The notes under the pieces are model-generated. The model saw nothing but the letters and a program-made list of their open reading frames with translations. It was not told where the DNA came from and searched no databases. This document shows positions 42,629 to 54,051 of a stretch of 64,000 bases of DNA, piece by piece. The first letter of the stretch is position 1, and each line of letters starts with the position of its first letter. The position numbers and the translations under genes were made by a program. This stretch comes from Balanoglossus misakiensis (lineage: Eukaryota; Animalia; Hemichordata): NCBI GenBank assembly GCA_040954595.2, contig CM082576.2:2206760-2270759 (forward strand), in the 5' to 3' direction.

Positions 42629-43869
42629 TTAGCTGCTCCTATTGACTCCGTTCTTCTCGGAGAAACGAAGACGGCGCCTGACTCTTCGCTCTGCAATGCG
42701 ACGAATGGTGAACCAATTCTGTCAAAGAAAAAAATACCAATTGTGTTATATAAAGGCCGTGATCTACAAGAAAATGAAAATATATAATTTTTCGCATATA
42801 GAAATAAACTTTGACGGTGCGATTGCAGTGGCTATTTTTTTCATTACAAGATGCTGTCAAGATATACAGCGTAGTCCTAACCGTGCCATCGACCACACAC
42901 AAACAAATGAGGTGTGTACTACGACTATTAGCGGGCGGGTGGGCATTAGCAGCTATTAGCCATGAATATAGCGATACAAACAACGAAAACAAACATGGAA
43001 GTGTGACGAAAACATGAGAAACTACTGTAGAAAAACGACATTTGGCAGATACAGTTGTACTTACATTCACTCTCGCATATGAGAGACCTGTGAGGGTCGA
43101 CAGTTCTCGCTTCTCTTCGTGGGTTGGGTGCGGAGTCGTCAGTTTCCTGAACGCTTCCTCCAAGATCTCGCCTTGCCTGGGGGTTGTTGCCGGCGGCCGG
43201 AGTCTGTTGACAGGTGTCCTGACTGTCACCGGGATGGACATCGGAGAGCGACTGACCCGGAAATGGCCAGTGATCGCATCCGTGTCACCATCGTCGCCAG
43301 AACTGCTGTCGTCACTGCCTGCCCAGCCGCCATCACCCCAGTCTCCGTCACTGCGTCCCCTGGTCGTGTCCCACTGTTCGTCCGTGGCGAGATCTGACAC
43401 GGACACTGTTCGAATTCTGTCGTCGTTAGCGCCGCCGTCGAAGTCGCCAGGCGTCATGGTCGCGAGAATATCTGCAAAACAACACCAACAACAACAACAA
43501 CAACAACACATAAATCACAGTTCGTCAAATATGAAGAAAAAAGAGAATGTGTCTGTTTTATTGTCCATCTACGTTCACACATCACTGATTGAATGAGAGC
43601 GAACGTGGAGCTACATGTGATTGAAACTTACCGAATAGATTTTGTTCTAAATCAAAGTCTTCGTCAACAATGCCAAGGGACTGTGTGCTGTCACTTTCGG
43701 AGCGTTGCGGGAGCGATGAGGGCACGACAGCTTCATCATTGAAGTCGTCATCTTCGGCCAATCGAAACGGTGGAATGTCTGTTGTGACGAACTGCACGCG
43801 GATCTCTGACAGGGACTGCAGTCGAAAAGGGATGAACTCGAAGCTTTCGTCGGAAATCTGGAAATTCAT
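42629..43869 (-). CDS. Divergent homeobox gene, paralog B, about 244 aa
   Basis: Exons 43632-43869, 43065-43471, 42629-42718. Spliced homeodomain: RPPATTPRQGEILEEAFRKLTTPHPTHEEKRELSTLTGLSYARVN|NWFTIRRIAERRVRRR, with L16, F20, W48, F49 and R53 conserved. Confidence 0.85.
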
Positions 43870-46800
43870 GGCTGAAGGATGAAAATTTCGATGCGAGGAA
43901 TCGACGCTGTGGTGGTTTTAGCTTTGGGTGGATAGCTGAAAACGTTGTGTGATGACAGGAAGGAGGCACGGGCTATTTAAACCATCGAAACAAAAGAGAA
44001 TGCAAACATTATTACTTTCATAACAAACCCGACATCATATAACACCAGTGAGCGACGTTTTGTTATGATACACCGGTAGACTTTTATGTTTGGATCAAGA
44101 AAGGTGTGAAATACACACAAACAAATGGGATGACGTGAGAATGCCACTCACACTTGTAAACACTACCGACATAAACAAAGGCAGACACGGCGACGCCAGG
44201 CGCTCCTTCTCGGAATCTGGCCCAGGCCATGCAGAAAAAAACATACATGTAATACATGCAGTACTGTACATGTATTGGTTGTTCAGCCAAACCTGTGTAT
44301 TTCATATCAGGTTCAAAATATACTGCTGAGGTTTCAAACAAGTTGCAGGTCTACGGGGCCTGGAACGAAACAGGGTCTTTCCACTCGTAAACAAACATGT
44401 GCGTCCAGACAAACAAACCATTATCAATTACACTTCCTATTTAGACAAATCTGACAAACAAATTTGACAATCGCATCAAGTTTGTGCTTCTTTCCCCCGT
44501 GGTGATCAAAGATCTGCTTTCTCACGCCAGTGTGGCGTTGTTGAAGTACCCACCCAACCCGAAGACGGACCATCCGCCAGTCACCATGACAATGTGTTTT
44601 AGATAGACTGTCACACAGGCTATAACACACTGGGTATGGAGACCAGGCTAAACGCGTATTGGCAAGCAAACACTAACAAAAAGCGTTTGCTTGTCGTGTG
44701 GGCTTTGTTTCAGGAATTCAAGGAATTTTTGGAACACCCCCAGGATTACTCTTTTTAAAAGGTGTGAACGACAATCGTATTAGACATTGATCCCTTGTGT
44801 ACGCTGACCGACGTTTTTTTTTCAAAATTCCCACGCCAGGTGGCGTTCTTGTGTGTCAGCAACAGACCCTCGGCCTATGTTTTCCACCTCTGTCCATCAA
44901 GTGAGGCCTGAAATACTTGTTTTTCACCACAAGCATTTGAATCTCCTCCTATCATAAGAACGTGAAGGGCGCCACCCAAATAACAAAAATCCCAACAAAA
45001 GTGTGTCGTTAGTTTATCGACAGGTGAGGTCGCTGCTGATACTCGCGACAAGTCGGCGAGAACAAATCTCACTCGGTCGGCCGAAACGAGGAAGCATACA
45101 TTTTACCACCGCTGGTGAAAAAGTTTTCGTGTACGCACAACAGGTTGTTTTGGGATCATTTTCTCCAACATTTCTCACAGGGGGTATTTTTGTTGGAAAA
45201 AAATCCCAGAAATGGGTACAATTAACTTGATTTTTTTTTGCTGAACGATCGAGCACGGATACCATTCTCCTCTGAGTGCCACCACCGGTTGAGGGATTGT
45301 TTTACATCCTGTCAAAACAGGTGGAAAAGAGATCATGGTCTAGATAGCCGGACCCCCCTCCCCGAGGAACCCCCCCCCGGGGTCCCAGTCTGACGCAACA
45401 GCGCCACTCAGGCGTGAGAAAGAGAAGCCCTGTGCGCAGACTCATCATGGATCGCCCAAGCTGGCCCAAACCCTAGATAAAGATTCACACCTTGTGGAAC
45501 GCCAGCTGTTCCGTAACTAAGGAAGTCACGCTTCTTCTCATTGTTTATCCCCAGTAAAGTTTAATTGTAAAAAAAAATAATCATATGTGCACCTACGTCA
45601 TCTGTTACAATAGCATTTGAATGACCGATGGAAGTAATATGAAACTCAAGCACTTCATCCGGGTCCTCGCAGTCGAATAAAATCACATAAGCACCAGTTT
45701 ACCTGTAATAAAAACATATGGATTTGAAGAAAGTACTGTAGGCCAACGTACAGACTATGAACATGGTTTACGAATGATTTCTTCATAACATCATGTAGGA
45801 TTGCATTTTTTCGCAAAAATATATTCCTGCTGCCAGGAATGACGTGCGCTGTGTTAGAGGACGGCTTGACCTTCGTGTAAAATATACCTGAGTTTGGCAC
45901 GTACGTTGCGAATTGTATACGTCACAATTAGGAACCTGTGCAAATACTATTCTACATTCTTGTAGCATCGGTTGACGCCCTAAAATGACCCATTTTGTGT
46001 ATGTACTTCGAGGTCGCTCAGTGTGATGTTTTCACACCAACCTATTCAACACTGTTCAAAGAAACTTAGTAAATAGGAGTCTGATCTTTCCAGTGAGGGG
46101 TTATCGAACTCTGCTTAAAGCCACTTTCGTATAGGCTAATGTCCATAACTAATCCCAATCTCGAGAGCTAAGCAGACTACAATCTGCAGGAAGCGTTTCA
46201 ACCGCTATATCATAGGTGTGTCACAGACGTCCTAACCTTTCCGTACACATCACGAAGACCACAGCGGGACTATGTGTATTGAATATAGATCCTCGTTTCA
46301 CCAGAACCTTGAAAATGTATTTGCTTTTGTGTGGATGTTCGTTGGCAATCTGTTATAGCCTTGCTTTCAATCACACGCAGCAGGGACAATATGCTCCATT
46401 TACTTGTCCGGGCCACGGACACTAAACAAACGTCACCATACAAGTGAATGAAGTTGTCAGAACATCACCTGATAGCAAGTCTTTAGTCGCCACCGCGATT
46501 GGCTCTCTGTCCATTCACTCGTCGACAGCGGAGAAAACATTTTCTCGATAAAATTTGTCAAGTATTTCTGGTCAGCTGCGTCCTAAGTTTCGACCATTTC
46601 GACAAGTTTCTGTTATTTGAAAGAATTTTCATGGCTAAACTTACACGCTGCACTTTTGAGCAATGAGGCAACGTATAAACAACTTGATATCGCCACACCA
46701 AGATTTAAATCCACACCACATAAAACAGTCTTCAGAAAATGACCATCGAAAGTGCCCACTCAAGAAAATACGCCTTTATTTCCGACAAGAAGATTTATTT

Positions 46801-47368
46801 TACCTTTACAAACAATTATAAGTAGCACATGCGAAGTGCGATACAATACTACATCCAACAAAACTAATACAACTCACTGACAATTGAACTATTTACAAAA
46901 TAAATGTCAAAATATATGTACAGAAAATACGTACAGAGTAAAATTAGCAGCAAGGCAAGTAAATGAACTGGAGAGAGGGAGCTCAGTACAGAAGAAATTT
47001 GTTTCCAGATACTGTTTGATTTGTAAGTTAGGAATATATTGCTGTTTACTATCGTCAAATTACACCGTGTAACTGCTGGAGTATGATATAAATGGCAGAT
47101 TGATTGGGCCTCGAAAGCGTCCATCCGTCGGAATTGGCGTGTAGTGATATCAGAAGGACTTGGTTATCCGATTCATTTATGTCGTAGATAGTGACACGGC
47201 AATTATGGAGTGACAAAGTCTAGTGTCTAGCTGTGTTTGTCTGCTTTACTCCTAAAACTAAATGACAATGTCCTAGGAGAAGAGGCGTTCGCTGATGAAA
47301 CGAGTGTCTGTAGGCGTGTTTGATGTTCACACTGCTTGTCCAGTGGAGACTGCAGGGTACTGCACACC

Positions 47369-48716
47369 CTATACCGGTCCCGCGTATCCAGGCGCCGGAG
47401 CAACTTGAGCATCTGAAAAGTATATCGGAAACAGTGGTACGTATGTTGACTCCGACCTATGAATATAAGCATCGCGATAGGCAAATTTTGTACCCTAACA
47501 CTACGTTGCTTTACATGTAAACATACGGAATATTGTGTAGTTACTTGGATTACTACCATGAAACATAGCATGGCTTACCAAACCCCACCACCTGTCCAAA
47601 ATAGCTTAATTTTGAACTTACGTGTGACGGTGGTGGTCTTACCAGCGCCACCAGCGGCGCCTGCAGCCGCTCCGCAGCAACAACAGCAGCAAATGACGAC
47701 GAGGATGATGATCAGCACAATGAAACCAACGACGCAGCATACGGCAATTATGATTATGTTCTGCCTATTAAAGAAAAAAAGGAAGGAAAAAAAACATGAT
47801 AAAAACAACTTTTGTCAGGAGAGAAAACACCACAAAATTTATGTTATCAAACCACGTTGCGGATTGCGGAAGACCTGCAGTCAGACAGAGCGGAACGGGA
47901 AGGAGAACGAGAGTTGCCGACACTTACATTGACGAGAGAATACCACCAGCGGCACTACCGCTGCCGCTGAGATAAGTGTTGTAATCGCAACACGTGTTGC
48001 CAGAACAGCAATAGGTATCCGGATATGTGATACACGTTGGGCTGCATATATCCTGGCTTTGTACAGCTGGGGGAGAGAAGAAAACGGTAATGACGTACAA
48101 AGTTTGTGAACTAACACAAGAACTCTTGGCGCTCAAACAGTCGAATGCAGAAGTTTTTAGGGGAAAATGGAGTCGATTTTGGCGATATCGAAACATTCTA
48201 ATTGCTACACACATGTTGCTAAAGCAATGAAGACGTAATGTGTTTGTTTACGTGAAGACGACCATGATAGCTGAATGTCTTGACCATAAAGTTACTGGCC
48301 AATGGCACGAAAATTGTGTCTGGTTCGGTCTGTATGGTCATGAGGTCTTTCTGTATCAAACCTGTTGACATTTCTCCTTAGCAACCGTTGGCTAGAAATT
48401 TGGAGCCTGGGTATATCCTTTAATTATTTCCACTGTACAGCAATATTTGAATTTTAACAACCTTTTAAAATTTAAATTGTCGTGTGTAAATCAATCCACA
48501 ACTGTGAGTTCTGCATGATAAAGTATCTTTTCGCGGCCCACCCGCAGTAACTCTACTGGGAATAGCCTGCTTGCAGTTGAATGTCATCGTGGTATAAGCG
48601 GCTATCAAACCCACAGAACGTTTCGGGGGAGAAAAGAAATACGGGTACTCACCAGCAATAAAGAATACCAAGAAACATAATATACGGATGATTAGGGAAG
48701 CAGTTATTTTACCCAT
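47369..48716 (-). CDS. Small single-pass membrane protein of the Shisa-like/CYYR1/WBP1 type
   Basis: Signal-peptide exon about 48653-48716 (MGKITASLIIRILCFLVFFIA). Six-Cys ectodomain exon about 47928-48067 (DICSPTCITYPDTYCCSGNTCCDY). Transmembrane plus poly-Cys exon about 47621-47764 (IIIIAVCCVVGFIVLIIILVVICCCCCCG). Last exon 47369-47412 (AQVAPAPGYAGPV*). Confidence 0.8.
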
Positions 48717-49828
48717 CTTGACTTTCACGCCAGAAGTCCGTTATGCTTAACAAGTCGTTGCCGCGCGCCGTCAGCCTGGTGTATAACTTGGCAATACAGT
48801 CAGTCAGTTATGTTGCACGGTGCCATAGCAACTTCCACAAAGAAAAACCTTAACTCTCTCTTCAGCACGTCTATTCTCCGCGGTTCAACTTAGCACAATA
48901 GCCCATTGTGATACGAAGAATTCCTTTGCTTTTTTTTCATTCCAAATGAAAGGTCGCGTTCATTTTAGCATTGATACCAACTCTAAATTTGGGTGGCGTT
49001 GATAACTCCTAAACGACCTAGTTCTTGGCGGGCAGGCTAGAAAAATAACTTTCTGTTTTGGAGACTAATTTTGTTGTTAAGGTCTGATGAAATCTATTTA
49101 GGTGCATCAGCTGGTGTTTTCGTCACTGTCCCGCCACCACGCTGAGAGACTAGCGTGCACTGTGGGGGCGCTGTGGTGCGCTTACGGAACAAGACTGTGT
49201 GTGAAGACATCTGCGCACCCACGTGTACAACATCGCAGTAGACAGTCGAATGGCTATGATCGCAGGCGATAAATAAAGACAGAAGAAAATTCGAACGTAC
49301 AAACTAGAAGATTTACACAATGAGGAGGGACTGTAGTAAGTATTAATAAAGGGTTTACGCCACGGGGACAAATGAATGGGGTCACATAAAAGAGGAAATT
49401 CATTGTCTGTGCTGACATGCATCCTAATTTGTTTACCCATGATACATCGGAGCAGATGGCTTTTCTCCGGGAAGCGAGCAACGTTTCCAAATCTTCTCAT
49501 AATAAACCCTTTATTTACTTTTAGTGAGAGCAGCTCACCATGTAAACTGCCAGGTCGGCAGCCTTTACGGTTCTTTACGGTGACAGCCCAGTTATCGTTT
49601 ATAGGAGATTAGCCAACCGCCAACCAATGGCCACTTCGACTGTTTATTACAAAACAAACACAAACACTGAGGGCTTGTATCGCGGCATCGCCTCAACACA
49701 GTGGCTAAATAGTTTCTTTTGTTTTACCGCCGTGAGTTTACATCAAACATCCGCAACAGAACCGACGCGGTTTCGCCACACAGCGGAACTCACAGTCCCC
49801 GGCTAGTATCGAAATCGCCGAATCCGCC

Positions 49829-51089
49829 ATGGACGTCCACCTTGCCGAATTCCTCTGCCAGCCTCTCGACTTCGTCCTCTACAACCGTCAGTCGCTTGAC
49901 ATGGAAGTTGCCATGATAACCACAGGCGTACCTTGGTTTCATCACATCAGCGAACCAATCATCGGCAACAACGATGATGGCGGTAGTGCCGTTGCTGCTG
50001 ATGACGATGACGACGACGACGCTGTAACGGTGTCTTCCCCTGGAGATTCCCGTCGCTCTCAGACACTGCCCTCACAATCAGAGTCAGAAGACACCGACCA
50101 AGTGGTACCAGAAGGTTTCTGTGCGGGTAAGCGCTACACATTTTACTTGTGTTCCACCACATTTCTTCGAATCTATGAGTCCCTCTCGCATTTTCATGGA
50201 TTACATCACTGGGAGCGTCTGGATCATAGACGATTGGACGACATTGGAAAATGTGACAGGGGTCGTTGACTACTAGTATATTCGAAGGACTTTGTTGCTC
50301 ATTTTTCGACTAGTGAAATTGTGTTCTTTGTTTTGTTTTGCAGAAACGCCAAAAGCCTGTCTTCGTCATGTTTACAGACCAAACGACTCTGATCATGACG
50401 TTGTATTGTCCCCGCCTCCGACACCGACCATGGATGCAGAGAACCACACTTCTCCTGTGTCTTTCAGTGTCCATGTGCCGATTCAGAGCAGTGAAGTGTC
50501 CAGTTCTTCGAGTACAACGCATGCGCCAAGCAGTGCGTCTCTTGACTGCGTTGCTACGAAAGAAGAGCCGTCGTCACCAAGGGAGAGAAATAGTCGGTGC
50601 CCACCTCGGTTGTCTTTAATCCCGTCTCAAGAAATAATCCTGGAAGAAGAGTTCACGAACACGACGTTCCCTAACGCTGACGAGAGGCGGCAAATCGCGA
50701 GAAGATCCGGAATTTCGGACAAGACTGTCAGTGTAAGTATCATGTACATGTACATTTCAAAGTTGCCGGACATTCTTGCCTTACATTGTACTGTGATCAG
50801 CGTAGAGGATACATTTTTCGTTTTATCACTGAAATCACAGTCCATTGCCTGTGTTTATATAATAAAAAAATCCTTTCCCCCTTTACTTCGACAGCTTTGG
50901 TTTATATACCGACGTGCACTATCTAGAAATCGCAGACACCACTGGATCACCGCTACCGACTCCTTCATGCCGAGAGTCCAGCCAAGGAGCAGAAGTTATA
51001 GACAGCGCCACCACCGTCCAAATAACGTTTTTGGTATCAGTTCCATGTTATGTGTACCCGTTGGAATTTGCACATTTTGTATGTTTTGA
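49829..51089 (+). CDS. Divergent homeobox gene, paralog C
   Basis: Exons 49829-50126, 50344-50732, and 50895 onward (intron phases 1, 0). Homeodomain: CPPRLSLIPSQEIILEEEFTNTTFPNADERRQIARRSGISDKTVS|LWFIYRRALSRNRR. The N-terminus LDFVLYNRQSLDMEVAMITTGVPWF resembles that of A and B. The 3' end is uncertain: stop at 51089, or a short extra exon ending about 51131. Confidence 0.8.
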
Positions 51090-52533
51090 CATGTCGTTGT
51101 AACTATTAAACCCTTTTCAGAGACGTGGTGATACGGGTCGTGTTTCGAAGGACACGATCTCCAGTTGCGAATCTCCCTGATACTATCGGCGATCAAAATT
51201 CAATGCTCCACGGCTGTGGTGAGAAAAAGTCGCGTCGGATGACACACGATAAACTTCAAAACAGGAATTCTTATCAGACTGGAGAAATAGGTAACACAAT
51301 ATCAAATCTTTCCACGTCGACAAAACATGTTGGCATCGGTATCACACATAGGCCCCGATGCTTACCCGAGACGATGCTTTTCTAAGTCGAGATTTTCTGG
51401 CATGCCAAAAACAACGATGACGACGATGACAATATTTCGGCAATTTTATTACAGTTTTAAGTTTTCTTGACTATTAAGTAGGACACAGAGCACTTTGTGA
51501 TTTCTGAAGACACTATAGAGAGTCCAACTATGCGACCCTAACCAGGACAACATATCTGGCCGCAGGGGGTGCCACACTCGACTCCGGTCAGGGCTGATTC
51601 GAATTGACGCAGCAAGAGTCCACAACCTCAAGCAATCTGATCCAGTTATGTTATTTCAACTTTCTATTGCCGAAATAACACAGCTGTTTCATGCCTGCGT
51701 GCATACGTCGCATGACCTCCACGCAGATATGACACAGTCACATAGAAGATAATATTACGCACATTAAAATTGAAATTTTCTTGAGCGAAGGCTGGACGTT
51801 TTAAAGGCCTGGGGTAATTTTCGATCCCTGATACTGTCATTGGTTCTTGTAGACACTGAGTACTTGTATTTACGTTGTATAAATCCCCTTTCCACTGAAA
51901 CATTTTATCTAATATGTAAAGCCGAAATGGAAGTTGTGCCTTTAAAATGACCTCGGCACACCAGCACCACTGTACTGTAAAAGACCTTGGGAACTGTTTG
52001 TACTACACTCCATGCGGCATTTCAAGATGCCCCGAGTTGATTTCAGCTTCGTGTGAAAATTCACTGCATGATACACACAGGGTATTATGATCAATAAAAA
52101 AACGATTATTGTGGATTTAATAAGAAATCTGACGACATTACACTGTAATAGGCCACTTTCACATTACATACTGGTATTTTGCGGGTATGATATCATACAC
52201 CATTCAACGTTACATTCAATATTTATCTGTTCTTGCAACTGGCAAAATTCAAACTTTTTTTGTTCTAAGATGATTTAGAATCTGCAAATTCAGTAGTATG
52301 TTGATGGTTGCAAAGTTCACACTCGAATGGTAAACTGCCACCAACAAAATGCCAGAATGCATAGGTCATATATAGGGTCACGAAAGTGGCCTATAAATTG
52401 CTCACTTTCTAGAATACGTTACTTTGTTACTTGTAATTTGTTCCTAAATTTAACATTTTAGCTGTTAACAGGCTAGTAAAATACCAATGCTTACATTTTA
52501 CACAATGCAGAATATTCTTGGTGACGTTTCATT

Positions 52534-54051
52534 TTAGAATGATGGCAGGACAAACGATACCGACGAGTTCAAAAGTTGTTCTTGGCTCTCGGCTTTCCGG
52601 TAACCGAGAGTGTTCAGCAGATATGAACAATCGCCGGTGTTTTCAATTTTCTTCACAAGAGCGAACGATAATTTTTGGCGCCAAAATTGTGAAGTTTCTT
52701 TCGAGTTTCGCTTAGTCGCCCAGGCGTAATAGATGTCGCTGGCGTTGTTGTCCTGCTTCGTATTTTCGTCAATCCAACGTTTGACGTTATCATGAACCTC
52801 TACCCCGAGAAATTTGTAGACGTTTTGTATCGTGCCGATGGGATCTTCCGACAGGTCTTCATAACGGACGGCCATGTAGTTACCTTTTGGCAGTCTCACG
52901 GCGTGCTTGCTGATAAGTACATTTCTCAACATTGTAGTGCAATACAGATCGAGCCTCCGCAAGAGTTCCTCGTCGAATTGGGTTTCGTTGAGCTTTATGT
53001 CCACCTCAGATTTTTTCCTGGCTTGCCAGTTGCTTATATGTATAGGCATCACGGATGACATGACACCTCTTGGGTCGCGAATCAAATTGATGATGCGGAG
53101 ATTAACATCTGGGTCGTTCACAAGATGAAGGAGGGGAAACACGTCGTATACCCTAATCTCCTTGACAACAACCTTGTCGAAGATCCGGCAAGATTTCGAA
53201 GCTGCCTCTGGCGTCATAGGCACGCACTTAGCGAAAATCTTTCCCCTCGGATTCCAGCCAGAGCAGAATTCGTCGGTCACCCATGCCCGCACGACGTTTG
53301 TCTTGGCCAGGGGTGAAACCGGATTGTACAAATTGTCCAAGATGGTCCTCGCAATTCCCGAGTAGTTGCATTTGTAAATGTCGTGAAGCAGTTCCGCTCC
53401 TCTCACGGTCAGCATGGGGTCATAATCGTTCAAATAGAGTCCTTTCGGAGGTTCAAAAAAATACAAAAACTTCGGATGCCGATTGAACATCTCTCCGAAG
53501 AATGAAGACCCGGTTCGCATGCTGGCCATGACCAGAACGTTCAATCTCGATGTCACGTTGATTGCAGCATTTTCGGCGACTTTTCCAGGGAGCTGGGTCG
53601 GGACGAGAAAACTCTTTTCTTTGATCTGTTCTTTCAGAAGATTTTGACTTGAGGTCAGGTTTTGCATAAGTTTGTGCAGTATCTCCATACTACTGTCGTG
53701 GTTATTGCGAATAAGTTCGAAGAGGTCCATGACGTTGCGTTTCGGGTCGTTTGCCGCCAAATGCTCGACTACGGCGCGCAAAGACTCTTTGACATCGGTG
53801 AGATCTTCGTGCACCGGGTTGGGTTTGGGGGTACGATATGGATCCTCATAGCTCAGGCCGCCATACATGCGTTCGGAGATTTCGGGCCCGCCGCCGCGGT
53901 CTTCCAGAATCGGTTCACGTATCCACAAAAATATGAGGATGACGTTGAATGCGACGAGAACAAACAAAATCGTGGTCGTTTGTTGAGAACGCATACTGCC
54001 AATGCCCTGACCGACTGTCACAGAAACCCTCCACATAGGCTCCTGGTACAA
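52534..54051 (-). CDS. Golgi carbohydrate (GlcNAc/Gal-6-O) sulfotransferase, CHST1/3/5-like, intronless CDS
   Basis: 505-aa ORF with a type II transmembrane segment (ILFVLVAFNVILIFLWI), a 5'-PSB motif (NVLVMASMRTGSSFFGEMF), YFFEP, a 3'-PB motif (IINLIRDPRGVMSS) and VRYEDL. The exact start Met is uncertain. Confidence 0.93.
   Translation of the reverse strand: MYQEPMWRVSVTVGQGIGSMRSQQTTTILFVLVAFNVILIFLWIREPILEDRGGGPEISERMYGGLSYEDPYRTPKPNPVHEDLTDVKESLRAVVEHLAANDPKRNVMDLFELIRNNHDSSMEILHKLMQNLTSSQNLLKEQIKEKSFLVPTQLPGKVAENAAINVTSRLNVLVMASMRTGSSFFGEMFNRHPKFLYFFEPPKGLYLNDYDPMLTVRGAELLHDIYKCNYSGIARTILDNLYNPVSPLAKTNVVRAWVTDEFCSGWNPRGKIFAKCVPMTPEAASKSCRIFDKVVVKEIRVYDVFPLLHLVNDPDVNLRIINLIRDPRGVMSSVMPIHISNWQARKKSEVDIKLNETQFDEELLRRLDLYCTTMLRNVLISKHAVRLPKGNYMAVRYEDLSEDPIGTIQNVYKFLGVEVHDNVKRWIDENTKQDNNASDIYYAWATKRNSKETSQFWRQKLSFALVKKIENTGDCSYLLNTLGYRKAESQEQLLNSSVSFVLPSF

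Noticed and set aside
42639-43511. 290-aa ORF starting MCCCCCCC treated as a single-exon gene
   Set aside because: It reads through introns. The poly-Cys is a (TTG)n tract at the acceptor, and only 43065-43471 is coding in this frame.
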